The notes under the pieces are model-generated. The model did no database searches, was not told where the DNA came from, and saw only the letters and a list, made by a program, of their open reading frames with translations. Made by a program: the position numbers and the translations under genes. 64,000 bases of DNA from Bugula neritina (taxonomy: Eukaryota > Animalia > Bryozoa): positions 7,779,751 to 7,843,750 of the forward strand of contig OZ037773.1 of assembly GCA_964035545.1 (NCBI GenBank), written 5' to 3'. How positions within the stretch are numbered: the stretch's first letter is position 1; each line of letters begins with the position of its first letter. Below are positions 1-13,800 of this stretch, piece by piece.

Positions 1-301
1 TAAAATTATGTTTTTGAGAGTAATTATATTAGAATTAGATATATGAAAAGGAAAAAAAGATATTAAGAAAGTAAAAGCTCTGCAGTTGTACAGTGGTAAA
101 TTATATTAGGGAATGAATCTAATTTTGTGGATTTAAGTTAATATTTGTTATGAAGGAATACAGCAGAAACACCTAAATACCTCCCTCCTCTTGCCAACGT
201 ATTTTAAATTTTTGTTCTTTTTCAGTTTTTTGCCAAAAAGTAAAATGTTTACAGAAACTAACAGACGCTTACTATTAGCTATGTCTGGTTGTCGCTTTCA
301 G

Positions 302-2122
302 GTGACAAGCTGTTGTTGAATGGTGCTTATAAGGATAATGATCACACTGATGTCTTGGATGCAGACTATATCCACCAGACTAGAAGTAAGCAGGAAGAGG
401 TCAGTTAATTTTAACTGATAGCAGCAGTAAAACTAATAATAGTAGTAACGGCAGCAGCGACATCAGCAGCAACTATGGGTTATGTATAATTTAAACTGGA
501 ATTGTTGCGTTATCAAATAGATCGACTGGTATTACAATAGAATTAACAATTGATTTATTTAATAATATTTATTTGTTTATTATTTATCAATAGTTATTAA
601 AGTAATTAATATTTATTATTTATGAATCATTTATTAATAGTTAATGCAATTAATCAGCTAGAATTAATGACATTTCTAAAAGTTTTCGCCTCTTGAAATG
701 ATTCATGCTCCGGCTTTTTTTCCTTTCCATGAAGTTGTAAGGATTTAAATACACAATTACCATGTAAAGTGGAGGTATTTCATTTTATTAGTGAAAATGA
801 TTTTATCGAAATTTGACCTCGTTTGAAACACATTGATAGTAGTAACTGTTGCATACGTGTGTGCAGTGCAAGTAACGATTCCATTAATGATCTTTGTGAG
901 TGTGTGTAGAGTGCGAGACTGGCCGCCTTGAAGAAGAAGGAGCTGGCCAATCAACCGGAAGACTCCATGTTAGACGAGTCTTCTCAGAGGGATTTAGACG
1001 AGGACATGGATGCGGGGGATGACCCTGTCCCCCCTACCAGCTCCAGTAAACACTCAGATGGGTATGCTGTCCAATAGCTGTGCTCGTATTATGCATCTGT
1101 CCAATAGCTACACTCGTATTATACATCCGTCCAATAGCTACACTTGTATTATACATCTGTCCAATAGCTGCGCTTGTATTATACATCTGTCCAATAGCTG
1201 CAATGTATACTTACTCTGTTTCTAGTCAGCCAAATAATAAGAAGACAACTTCTGAAGAGAAACTTCCTTCTGATAAGTTAATGGCTTTAGATCTAGCTAT
1301 AATATGGAGCATAGAGCAGTGTGGTGAGTTTATATACATTATATATTATGCACGCACACACTTTCTTTATTACATAGCATGAAGTATTAACATTGCACCA
1401 AGTTCTCATATTATAATATAAGTTTTTGTTACCACCCAGACAACGACGAACTGAAAAAGAAGATGTATGGTAACATTCTATTGGTTGGCGGTGGTCTGCT
1501 CTTTGAGGGGGTGGAGAGTTTGCTGCAGTACAGAGTCTGGTTGAATCTACCACCTCAATACCAGTCAGCTGCCTCTGTTAACGTCCTCACCAGGTCAAAG
1601 GTTAGCTTCCCCCTAATACTACATCATTGTAGGAGTGTTGGTTTTGCATTCTTATAATATTTTCATAGCTCCATGCATTATCTATTGGATTTGCTATAGA
1701 AGGGGCTCAACAAATTTTGCTGTCAATTAATAAGTAAATCTTAGCAATGATTTTGAGACCTGTCTCAGAAAGGGTAGTCAAACAAATCAGAAAACTAAAT
1801 TAATATAACATTATATAAAATGTGTTATAATATAATAACTATGCTATATTGTAACCATTATATTGATTATAATATATTATTATCAAGTATCTCACATTAG
1901 ATGTCATTTTCCACTGTATGAGTTCTATTAGTTACTCATGTAAATGGAAAGAAATAGCTATCCTTTCAATTATTACAGGACGTAGACCCCCAGTATGTGT
2001 GCTGGAAAGGAGGCTCTATACTGAGCGTGCTCGATACTATCGGAGAGCAGTGGATATCCCGGGAAGAGTGGATTACCCACCAGAGTCGTATTGTCAGAGA
2101 GAAAGCCCTATTCTCCTGGTGA
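302..2122 (+). CDS. ACTR8: Actin-related protein 8 (INO80 subunit), C-terminal part; gene begins upstream of window. Exons 302-399, 910-1061, 1226-1323, 1440-1600, 1979-2122
   Basis: Spliced translation ...MALDLAIIWSIEQCDNDELKKKMYGNILLVGGGLLFEGVESLLQYRVW...TRSKDVDPQYVCWKGGSILSVLDTIGEQWISREEW...REKALFSW* matches the recalled Arp8 C-terminus; all GT-AG, phases consistent. Confidence 0.92.
1066..1202 (+). repeat. 30-bp minisatellite, about 4.5 copies, filling ACTR8 intron 1062-1225
   Basis: Unit ~CTGTCCAATAGCTACACTCGTATTATACAT starting a few nt after the donor GT. Confidence 0.9.
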
Positions 2123-3597
2123 AACGTTACCATAGAAACCCCTGAACCAATGAGAATTGTAACTGTCCTGCTAGTCAAACGTTTACATCTATATGTGATT
2201 TTTACTCAACATTCGTTTTATAAGCTCTGTACATTGTCACTGAATGTGCTGTAACGGTCAGTTTTGTTTTGAAATTGTCGATCCTTATATTTATATCGAG
2301 TAATTTTCAATCGTGTATGTGACTATTTGTGGATGTAACTGAATAATTGTAAATACTAATGTAAATGTTTGTACATACAAGTTGGTACTAATACACACAC
2401 TGTTATTTTTACACCAAGTCGTCATGATTTTGCCGCATGTCAAAATGTCTACTGAAACATAGTGTTTTATAGCTCAGTTACTCCAAATGCACATTTTTAT
2501 GGTCTCTGCATGTCTTATACATGCCAAAGACTATAGAAGCCGTGCTAGATTTGAATAATGAAAATCATCAACTGATGATAGTTGCTCTTTCCATTATTTT
2601 ATTTCAGAGTGATTACCTTCATAAACTCGATATATAGCTGCAACTGGCACATCGATCTTTCTCACACAATTATTTGCTAAAACTTCTGTTTTTGAATGGT
2701 TTTTCATGCTTTGGAAGGCTTTTTCTTTTTGTCTTCCCACTTCTTGCAAATGGAAAAATTTATGGTTAAAGCTCCCACTGCTATGTGGACATATTTAATA
2801 AGTGTCTAAACTTTTCATAAAATTACAAGTAACGTCACCTTTAATTTGTTTACTAAACCAGTTTTATTGCTAAAATTTTACTCAATTTATTTAGATGGCT
2901 TCAATCTAGCATGAACCAACTAGTCATCAATCATATGTCTATAACCAGAGTAACCTTTAGTTTATTAGGTTTAAACTTTTAATTTTCTTCTACTCATTTG
3001 TGTTTTTTTATCTACACATATATTTCTATGAATCATTGCTTTAGGCCACTGTTAGGCTATTCAGTTTATGCATCTCATCAAACATTTTATAATTGCCTAT
3101 AGTTCTATAAAAGTTAACATTAGAACGTTGGAATCGTTTTAACGGCGGAAGACATAGCGAATTTCACCTGTTTTTGGTTCTTCACTGTAGTTAGACTTTG
3201 TTGTAGAAGAGGCAGATTATCCTAACACCTGGTAGTGTTCTCTTGGTGGTTGGATTAAAGGAAGAGTCAAGGAAGTTACTGAGCAGGTGAATATATACAG
3301 GTAGCTTTTTACAGGTAGTTCTCTACAAGTATTTTCTGCAGTCATGTATAGTAGAAATACTCACATGTAAAGGATTGTACATTCCTGGTGTACACAGTAC
3401 TGTTATGTTTATAACAATGTACAGTTGGAGCATTATATACAGTGCTAGTTTATACTAATAGTTTTGTATCTTTTGCACTAAATGGTGAAATAAATTTTAG
3501 ACCAGATTGTTTTGCATACCTTTACTCGATTTTGCTTTCTACTTGTATAATTGACATGTAGATCTTGTTATTCTTTGCTAGAAACTAAATCGTCAAC

Positions 3598-5975
3598 ATG
3601 CTGGTGGATCTCTCTTACTTCGGCCGGTCGGAGCTTCCTGTTGAAATGTTTAGCTCCGCCCACATCACCAGATTAATTCTGCGCGCACATGGCTTGAGCA
3701 ATGTTAGTTCCGAGATCGGCAACCTGAAACACCTAATTCAGCTGGATCTCTGCTCTTATAATAACAAGATCAACAATTGGCACACGCACCTCGACAAGTA
3801 TATACACTATGTTCTAGTTATCTTATCTCACCTTGAAGTTTCTATATTGTATTCCCTGAAAATTTAGTACAAAGCCCAAGTTGAAATACTTGTAAATTTC
3901 CAACTGTTTTTATCTCACCTCTTTAATTCCTAAACTGATACACTTCAACTCTAATTTTTGAGTTAGCTTGTTAATTACTATAAATAGCATACTTTACAGT
4001 TTAGGAAAACAACAGTGCAGGAAAAGTCGATATTTAAAGTTACATGATGCATTTGTGTAACCCTTTTGCTTTTCATCCTAATACCTAAGCAGATATACCA
4101 AACATCATGTGACGAGTTTTGCAAAAGAATTTTATTTATCGTTAAGGTTGCCGCCTTCACTTTGCTCTCTCACGAACTTGGTTCACCTTGACCTTTCATT
4201 CAATGGACTTGCAGCACTACCCTATCAAATGCACAAACTAGAATCTTTGAGATATCTCAATATATCCAACAACCAGATTCCAGACCTGCCACCTACTCTC
4301 TTCCAGGTAAATAAGCACCAGATGTTACTCTTCATGTTGTTCTTTCCAAACCTGCCAATTTTCTTCTGCTGCGTTATTAAGTTCTCCGAGTATGTGTTGA
4401 TCACCTGCACAAGCCCTTGTTTCCTATTTCCTGTTCAGTTTTTACATAATTTATCAAAACACACCATTGTTCTTCACTCTGGTAACATACAGGTTTGCTT
4501 CAATAACGTTTTAGCTGAAAAATGTTGTCACAGTTGAGTTTTGAAATTATAGTTGTAATAACGAAACTTTTGATTGGGTCTAAAATGTTCAAATCCTACT
4601 TTGTGAGTAGTGAAGTTTGACATGTAAAACTATTGTTTGCCATTTCAGCTGGAGAACTTGCAGCTGTTGAACGTCAGAGCTAATAGACTTAGTTTCTTGC
4701 ATCAAGATGTGGGGAAGTTGAAAGCCCTCGCACATCTAGATATAGCAGGTGGAGTGTTGGCTGATTTTCAATTCTCTGTTGTCTTGTAGACTGTGACGTT
4801 GTGTATGTTTTTATTCTTACCAATCAAGGAACTCACAAACTATTTTCTTGCACAAAACTATCACTTGCTTGTATAAGATTACTCTTGTAAATGTTACTGA
4901 GAAAGATTTACATGGTGACAGCAAATAACTCATTACTTGTGACTCACTCAAGGCGAGATAACTCCAAACTTTTACTTATAATAACAATTATCGAATAAAT
5001 TAAAAATTTAGATTTGAATTAACAAACAGCTAAAGATTTAATTATTTATGCCCCTTCTACCAGGATAGCGTTAGTGGAGAGAGCTAGCCACTAATCAGGG
5101 TGATTTAACCTCTTGTGACTTGGCTGCCATGCAGTATTATTATATCCAAGTGAGTTGTTGTATCATGTTATGTAAATGTATACTATAGAGAATATGATTA
5201 CTGAAGTAGGAGAGACGATAAGTGACTGTAAGATGCTGTGTATAGTTCTGCTAGACTCTCTCTGGATAAACAGTTTGCCAAGGTCATTCAAGCTTCTAGT
5301 CAAGTGAGTGCCATAATGGTAGATGAAATCAATGTACATCGAGTCAGTGTATGTCTAATCAGTGTATGTCAAATTAGTGAACGTCAAATCAGTGTACTCC
5401 ATGTTCATATTGCCAATATACTATGTTTTACTGATTGTCAATTTTATGTTTCATTGATATTTAATAGTAATGGTAACTTGATATTTGGCATGGCCATCAC
5501 TGATATTACTGTAAGCCCCAGCTGCATGATGTATATAATTATATAAAAGATGCCTAATCTGTAGAAATGAAAATTATTTTATCAGTAAGGTGGATCTAAG
5601 TGTTTCGATACATATAGAAGTATATTTTTTCAAATAATTGATTTTTCTGCTCTACATTCAAGTCATGTCCTAAGCAGTTTTTAACCCCTTTGCATCTACT
5701 GTAGTTTAACTCTCCTCGAACTGTCTAATAACACGAGGCTACAGACTTTACCGGAAGGGTTGGACAAGCTCCCACACTTGGAGGCATTACACATATACAA
5801 TTGTCATCCTAGCCTTAGGGTATCAAGTCCCCGACTGCTGCGGGTTACCAAGAATAAGCCCAGTCAACTTTCCTTCCTCCAGTGTACAAAAAGAGTTCCA
5901 GTGTTGCATAACTTTGACTTGCTAATTGACAGGAAGTTAGAGATGGTGGACCAATATGAAGCGGACTTTGTCTGA
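3598..5975 (+). CDS. Leucine-rich-repeat protein, 281 aa. Exons 3598-3797, 4147-4306, 4649-4748, 5189-5303, 5705-5975
   Basis: Repeated LxxLxLxxNxLxxLP motifs (LVHLDLSFNGLAALP, LRYLNISNNQIPDLP, LQLLNVRANRLSFL, LTLLELSNNTRLQTLP); exon lengths sum to 846 nt in frame. Orthology not recognised. Confidence 0.85.
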
Positions 5976-7159
5976 GTCCAGTTTGGCTGTCGGCTGGAAG
6001 TTAACGCGAATACTGCCAGACTTGTAATATTTGGAGTTGTTACATCAGCCAATATTTAGGCAACAGTTCATGAATAATATGGTCTATCTTCTTTGTCAAC
6101 ATATCTACTCGAAATATTATTGTTTTACATATTTTTTTTATAAATGTATACCGGTAGCTAACTTATATTTTTATAACTCTAAGTTTAGTTGTTGGCAGAT
6201 AAATCTTTCTATAAGCTTCATCGTAAATTGATACAATTTGACAAGGTTAAAGCAATTCCTAAATTCTAGGGCATCAAATCAATTTTACTGGAAATGCTGT
6301 TGGGTAAACAACATCCTGTCTATAGCTTCATAGTTACTTTAATTTGCAGGTTTCATTTGTGATACAAATACCTAGAGGGCATGCAGATCCAAGGTGCTGA
6401 GAGATGGCATGCTGATATTGTAGGGTTGGGATAATATTATTATAATGGTGCTGCTACTTTATTATAATGCATTTTGCTTTATTTTATGCTGCATAGTTTA
6501 CACTAACCCCATTTTTGTACTTTTGTAATGTCTATACTTTCAATAGAACTGAGATGAAACCATCTTTCAACGTTTGGGGCACTTTACACAAAAACTAATG
6601 CTGTTCTCAACATAAGACAACTTCAAAATATAGTGTAACCTTCATTTATTTGCTTGGAGTGAAACCAAGAATGGTAAAATAACATCCCAAAATTATCTTT
6701 TGGCAGTATACTTCAATAACAATTGAATAAACTGTTGTGATGTCTGAACTTGAAAGCCTGATTCAATATTTGACAAATTGAATTGCAAGTCGGAGGATAG
6801 CCTCAAAATTTATTGGTGGACTAAACATTTCTTGACTCCAGTGATTGTAAAGCTTAAATAAATCTCATTGTTAACTTGTAGCCTTGAGGATACAGTACTG
6901 ACAGAAGCTATATAAAAGTTCTAGAAAACTTCTCAATTTTAACCAAGAACAGTTTGGCAGTAAACAGAAAAACAGAGCATTCCATTTACTCGTGTAATTA
7001 CCGTCACAGAATAGAGTTTCCGTAAAAACAGGATTTTGTTTTTGTGAGCAAAATTGGATTCGGCAGGAATTATGAATAAAACCCAAAACTGCGGTGATAA
7101 CTACCCACTCTTTTGACGAGCTCCATCTGTTAGTGGCACAGGCAACGGCTTCATTGCTT

Positions 7160-9874
7160 TCAGAATGTCAGCCAATCATCCAGATAAATGCAGTTGGAAG
7201 GTGACACGATGCCACCTATCTCACACTGTGCAGCTACCTACAAGCAATAAAACACATTATGTTTAATGATGAGTGCTGTACTTAGTGTGCTCAATGTAAC
7301 AAGTACATGTATAATGCAGAAGATAATGAGCATATACATACAGGGCATACTCCACAGGGTACTTTTACCATAGGAGTACTGTTCAATGGAGAGTTAACAA
7401 CTTTATACAATGCCTCCTGGTTGCTTGGGTCAAAAGATCGCTCCACCTTATTATCATACATCAACGCATCCATCACCATACCCATGTCATCGGCAGAGAG
7501 CTTTACCTGTCAGGTATAATACAAGCCAATACAATAGGTGACCAATACAGATAACTTTTACAGCTCTCCAATTAGAAGTCTTAAAAGATCTGAAGACTAT
7601 TAATTCTATCTAGATGATACTATCACTCCTAGTTTCATGTTGAGTAGAAAACGTATACAATTATTCAAATTATAGGAATAAAAAAAAAACTCAACTCCAA
7701 AAGATTGATTTTCTCAAAATCTAAAGCCAGTAGCTTACTAACTCAGGACAATGATATTACCTTACTAATTCCGAGAGCAGATATGTATTCACAGATCTCT
7801 TCGACTGAAGCGTATGATGAGTTTTTTATTGTTATTGGATCCGTGTGTTTGCTGCACGCGTCTTCGTACTGTAACAGCCAAAGAACTGCAGGTGTATTGA
7901 CATATCACCTGATCACAAAAAGCTATATAAATAATAAAATCAAAGAGCATTTACACCAATCACTTATTTTTTTTCTAATTTTATAGAATGAGATAAATAA
8001 ATGTTTCCAACACTTATTTAGTTTGCATTCTAACTCTGAAGATGAATACCGTGGTATTAGTATGTTATGTTATGTTATTATATGTTTGGAATATTAGTCT
8101 ATTTTGTTTAAAATGTTCCTCGTTGATTTATTTCTAATATTCTAACAAATTATTCACTTTATTCTGAAGTTTTTAGCACTCACTTCATTCTAAAGGTGCT
8201 AGTGCTTACCTTATTCTGAAGGAACCGATGGCACTGGTTAGTAAGAACGTCAACATACTCTGACTCAAAGCCCTGGTCGCTGTACCAGGGTCCACCAGTC
8301 ACGGATTTGTCAGGTTGAAGGTCATACAACATGTACACTTTCTTCTTGGCATTCTAAATCAGTAGTACTGGGAATAGTAAATGCCAATACTACCTACATA
8401 CTCTATTGCAATACTTTAGTGCAACACTCTATTGCAATTCTCTAGTGCAATACTTTAGTGCAATACTCTAATGCAATACTTTAGTGCAATACTCTATAGC
8501 AATACTCTAGTGCAATACTCTAGTGCACTCACTTTGACATGTTTGACAGATTTTATCAACTTTCGTGACACAAGATTCTGGAATATTTTGTTGAGAGGTT
8601 GGACGGATAGATTAGTCTTCAGCCGTACGTCTCTGCACCATATGCCTGGCATAGCATGGAAAGTATAATATAACAGCATATGTCTGGCATAGCATGGAAT
8701 GTATAATATAACAGCATATGTCTGGCATATAACACAATGATAAGCTACATTATGAATTATAAAAGACTTTAAATCAATGCATTTAAAAAGTAAAAGCACT
8801 TTAACTTCACCACTAATTATATTTGAATGCAAAATAATTATTCAATATTGGCAACTACAACATTACTGAATCTCATTGATAGACCAACTCTTGTTTAACT
8901 ACAGCGAACCATATAGACTAAACTTCGTCTAACCTAAAGTCTGACGACTTAAACTAACCTTAGATTTACCTACAAGTAGATTAAACTTTGCTTAACCTGC
9001 AATGCATGAACAAGACTAGACTCATGAGTTTAACCTACAGTGCATGAACAAGACTAGACTCATGAGTTTAACCTACAGGGATGAAATAGACTAACCTTTA
9101 TTTCCAGCAGCTGAAACAATTTGGAAAACAAGCCGCTCTTGACTGTCTCCACTTGGACCACCTCTGAAACCAGATGTACGGCACATACGGGTAAACAGGT
9201 AACGTTAGCAGTAAAGTAACAAAAAACTGAGGTTAGGCTGAATAGTATACACCTTTCTATTATTCTATTCTATTAAAAACCAATTTAGCACATGGATATG
9301 TATTTGCTTTACCAACTGGAAATCATTTAGACATGAGCTATGAGGAATAAACTATGAAAACAACTTTCATGTGATAGAAGAATGCGTAATAAAACATTCC
9401 AAAATACAAAACAAATGAGAATTTTACTCACTCCTCTTTAGTTTTGTATTTGTAAATGTATTCAGATCCAGATTTGAGTAAACTCAACTTTCCCTGCAAA
9501 GAATCAATCAGAACAGTTAATAACAAAAAAAGGCTTTACAGAGTACTACATCAGTTGTCATGGAAACAAGATACTAAAAGCAGCAGTACTATACCCACAG
9601 CTTGTAAGAGTCTGTTGTAAGCAGCTACTCTGTTCCCCAATTCTGTATCAGGAAGCAACTGTGCGAGTAGGGAGTCACTCACGCCTTCCTCATTTTGCTG
9701 AATGGCTTGCAACACCCTAATATAACAGAATAATCTAAGAGTTTTACAAAAAACCTTTACTTACTTGATAGATTTTGAGTCAAAATAGCATATATAAGCA
9801 CAATAGACATAGTATGTAGAATAAAAAAAATGATATCAAAACCTGGTATCAATATCCGAACTTCCTTCAGCCAT
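7160..9874 (-). CDS. POLR3F: RNA polymerase III subunit RPC6/RPC39, 295 aa. Exons 9843-9874, 9599-9716, 9432-9493, 9096-9163, 8533-8645, 8210-8353, 7761-7868, 7342-7506, 7160-7237
   Basis: GNKGIWCRDVR, KKKVYMLYDLQPDKSVTGGPWYSDQGFESEYV and C-terminal Fe-S-type motif PCGVCPVAAQCEIGGIVSPSNCIYLDDWLTF* match RPC6. Confidence 0.95.
8400..8527 (-). repeat. 13-bp minisatellite, about 10 copies, at a POLR3F donor
   Basis: Minus-strand unit GCACTAGAGTATT directly following AAA|GTGAGT. Confidence 0.9.
8639..8729 (-). repeat. 38-bp repeat, about 2.4 copies, straddling a POLR3F acceptor
   Basis: Copies at 8639, 8677, 8715; minus strand TATGCCAG-(A/G)CATATG. Confidence 0.9.
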
Positions 9875-10894
9875 TTTGCATAACACTGAAGTCTGGTGCC
9901 TGACTCAATTGTTCATGTGAACTTGCGACCCTTGTGTCAAGCATATACCAACCTGTAAAAGATAATACTAATAGTAATAGCTCAGGCCATTGCACTAAAA
10001 CTTACATAGAAGAAAACCTTAAACACTCCTACATGTTTTGTTATTCTTGCTTCTGTAGTTTTCAAAAAAAGCCAACCATGACAAATGCTAATTGGAGTGC
10101 TATTTCAATTGAGTTTGTCATTCAAACCTATACCTTAGAGGCTTAGCTTTTTACCAAAAACTTGACCATATTGATATTGATATAATCATAATCATAATGA
10201 TAATGATAATGTCAATGTATATGCAAAATAAAAATGCAATAGCCAAAGGCAATAGCCATTGCTAATATGAATACAATCTTATACTTAAGGCTGATGTTAT
10301 ACTTATACTTATAGTTATATTAATACTAATAGTAATTCTAAATACTTGGTCTTGTGTCTTGTAAGTTCAAGTTGTAGTTGTACTAACTAATTACTATTAT
10401 CACTATCAACAACATCCAGTATAGTCTTAACTATTACAAAAGTAATACATTTGTAATTAATATTATATTTAAAAATTATATGTAATAGTAAGACTAAAAG
10501 TAAATCTAATAGTTAATGTTATATTTAAAATAAATATCACAATGATAGAGTCAGAATGAAAAAGTACTGAAAAATTGAATTGAACTTAAGTACAAATTAT
10601 TCGAAAGGACTCGCTGCTCGCATACTTCACCAAGTATAATAATACGAAATAACGAAACATTCCCTGTAAATGTGTTATATGTATAGGATCTAAGGGTACA
10701 AATATCCGGTTTTCACAACAGCGTGGTCGGGTAAATAATTATAAGTTAACTTCATGTTTTTTGGGAGCCTGACGAGCTAACTCCTATTTTGCTGTATTTT
10801 ATCTACTCTGCCAAAACAAACTCTCTTTTCTTTGGTGTCAAGAATTAAGGCAACAATAAAATATTTCAACTAGTGGGCAGGAATATTTAGCGTG
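9875..10894. promoter_or_regulatory. Probable bidirectional promoter region POLR3F/NOP2
   Basis: Divergent start codons about 1.0 kb apart; TSSs not located. Confidence 0.55.
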
Positions 10895-13800
10895 ATGGGA
10901 AGAAAATTAAATGTTGGCAAAAAGGCTGTAGAGGTGGCCTTCAATCCCGATACAAAATCGAAGCGTGTCAGGGCATCTAGTAGAAAAAACAAACGGCAGC
11001 AAGAGCCTGTTCTACCGAAATTTCTAGCTGGTGATGAAGCTGAACCAAAAAAGTTATCTTCTCATCAGAAGAAAAGGAAAAAGTTAGCTCTACTCAAGGA
11101 GGCTGAAAGAAAGGCTCAAAAACTTGCGAAACAAAGTACCAAAAAAGCTAAACTGGCTAAACCGAATGAACGCCAAAATCAAAATAAAGTTAATGGACGT
11201 GCAAAATCCAAAAGCAAACCTGAAGGTAAGATTGCTTGTAGTTATATGCTACTGCCTAACAGTTTTTTTTTTGCATATTGATATATAACTATCAATATGA
11301 ATATTTTATTTCTGGTAAGACTAAGTGTAAGTTGTAATGCTCTACAATTAATTTTCATTAAGTAATATGTATTTATACTATTAAGTTATGGCACTGATAG
11401 TGACATTACTACTAAGTTAAATAAGTAATAACACCAACTTATATAAACCGTCATTCTTAACTTTAATCAGTTACCTCATTAAATTTAATTATGAGTGCAA
11501 GTTGCAATAACCCTATTATTGTATTTTCATAGTCATAATTATAATAAATTTAAACTTGCTATACTCCTAATGATAAATTTAATGTTGGTAGACATTCCAC
11601 TTAAGTTAATATTGATCTACCGTGAACATGTTCTATTTTAGAGGAGATTAATGGAAGTGCCAGCGAATCAGACGAGAGTTTTGTGGAAGATGATATGAAC
11701 TTTAAAGATGACAATGCAGACTGGCTGACCCCTAAAAAGACAGGTGTACAGTTGCATGGTAAGCCCAAAGTTTATTTACCTGTCTTAGTCTTTTCACTAA
11801 ATGCCGTGTCCTTGGTAACCGATGTGATCGCTAGACAAAGCTGAACTTTCATTTAGACTTATGCTGCTTACAACTATATTTCGTATAATCAGACATATAT
11901 TCGGTACAAAAGTGTATTGAGTAGTTTTAATGCCCTCATCAGGTAGTGAAGATGACGAAGAAATGTCAGGAGATGAAGAAATGTCAGATGATGAAGAAAT
12001 GTCAGGAGATGAAGAAACGGATGATGTATCAGAAGCTGAGAGTGAGGAGGTAAGCTTTAGTGAAATTCTATCTCCATAAACTATTTGCAAACAGAAATCG
12101 AAAAGTTTACTTTTAGCAGAACCTGTTCTGTGGGCGTGACTTAGCACTTGTAAGTGTGACACGCTAATCTGTAGGTCACACTTCTTTAGTTGCGAGTATG
12201 TAAACTCGTCTGTATACTTCACAGGAGGATGAGTCAAACCTGCTTCCTATTGAGAGGAAAGCAAAGAAACTGCGACAGAAAGAGGTGGTTGATAAACAGC
12301 TGGCGGAGGAAGAGCTTGATATGAACATCAAACAAACAGAAGTTGGTATATTCACTGTTACTCAGTCGTAGTGCTTAGTAGATAATCACTTCATTAGCAG
12401 CAATAATGCTGACTGTCTGTATGATGATGTTGCAATTGTGTAGCTCAAAAACACTAGAAAAATTCTCTATCTCGTGCGACATATGCAGTAATAATTAGCG
12501 TTTCGTTGAAATTCTTGAGAGATATCTCTGAGAACTTGTAGATGTTTGTCCGGAAGTATTTAAGAGAGCTCGGTTTGTACGATGATTGTATAATTTAAAT
12601 TTAATCTTTTATCTTGTATTATATATTATACTACTTGCGAGTGTATTGTGTCAATGAGAAAACAACTCCCATAAACTCTCAGAGATGTAGAGTCAGTGTA
12701 TAATACTACCAGGTAAATATTAGCATGTGCTTGTGTCGTGTCAGGTTTATAAACTACCCAGTGGTCAGGACATCTCCAGAGACTCCAACCTTGCACCAGA
12801 TCTGGAGCTGCTCAAACAGAGGATCCGGGATATACTTCAGGTAGGTGGAGTTGTCTTCTTCTAGACTGGTAACTGTGCTCCAGCATAGAACTTATCAAAG
12901 CTCTCGGGCTATACATGATGAAACACTGAAGTATTGCACATGAATATGTAGACTGCTCCTTGTGTTGTGTTATTGTGTGAAGTGGCTGGCTTCTCATATA
13001 CCATAACAGCAGTAGTAATACTAGTGTGTTGATTGTTTGAAAAAGTTCAAGACATTGTGTTATAGATAAAAAGTAGAGCTATAGTAGTGTGTGTTCATGG
13101 AAATTTATATTTTAGGTTTTAGGTGACTTCAGTTCGAGGCGCGACTCCGGTACCCCGAGACAAAGTTATGTATCACAGCTACGCACTGATCTCTGCACGT
13201 ACTATGGTTACAATGAGTTTCTTATGGAGAAGTTGATGGCAATCTTTCCTCAAGACATCATTGAGTTTCTAGAGGCTAATGAAATTGATAGACCGGTATG
13301 TCCAGTATATACTAGCTAACTTCCTGTCAGTCATGTGGTTTACAGTATAATACAGTGCTTCCTCCATATCTCACCGTTCCATTTCTCACGAAATTCCATA
13401 GATTACGAGAAGGGTTTGGACTCATGTTTTGTGGCATATGTATGTGTGTATAGGGACAAAATGACCCAGTTTAACAGATCCGTGAGTTGAATCTGGTATT
13501 CTACAATCACTATGTCACGAATTGAGGTTTCGGGACTTGCAGCTTAGTGAGATATGGACATTACTTGTTGGCAGCTGGAAGATTGGTTTTCTTGTAGCTG
13601 AAATATTTCAAGTATTTCCGGTAATAATTGAAAACTTGTCCCTCTGTTCAGGTTACGATTAGAACCAACACTTTGAAGACGCGACGTCGCGACCTTGCTC
13701 AGGCCTTGATCAACAGAGGCATGAACCTTGACCCTATAGGAAAATGGTCCAAAGTGGGCCTAGTCGTATATGATACACAAGTTCCTATTGGTTAGTATTA

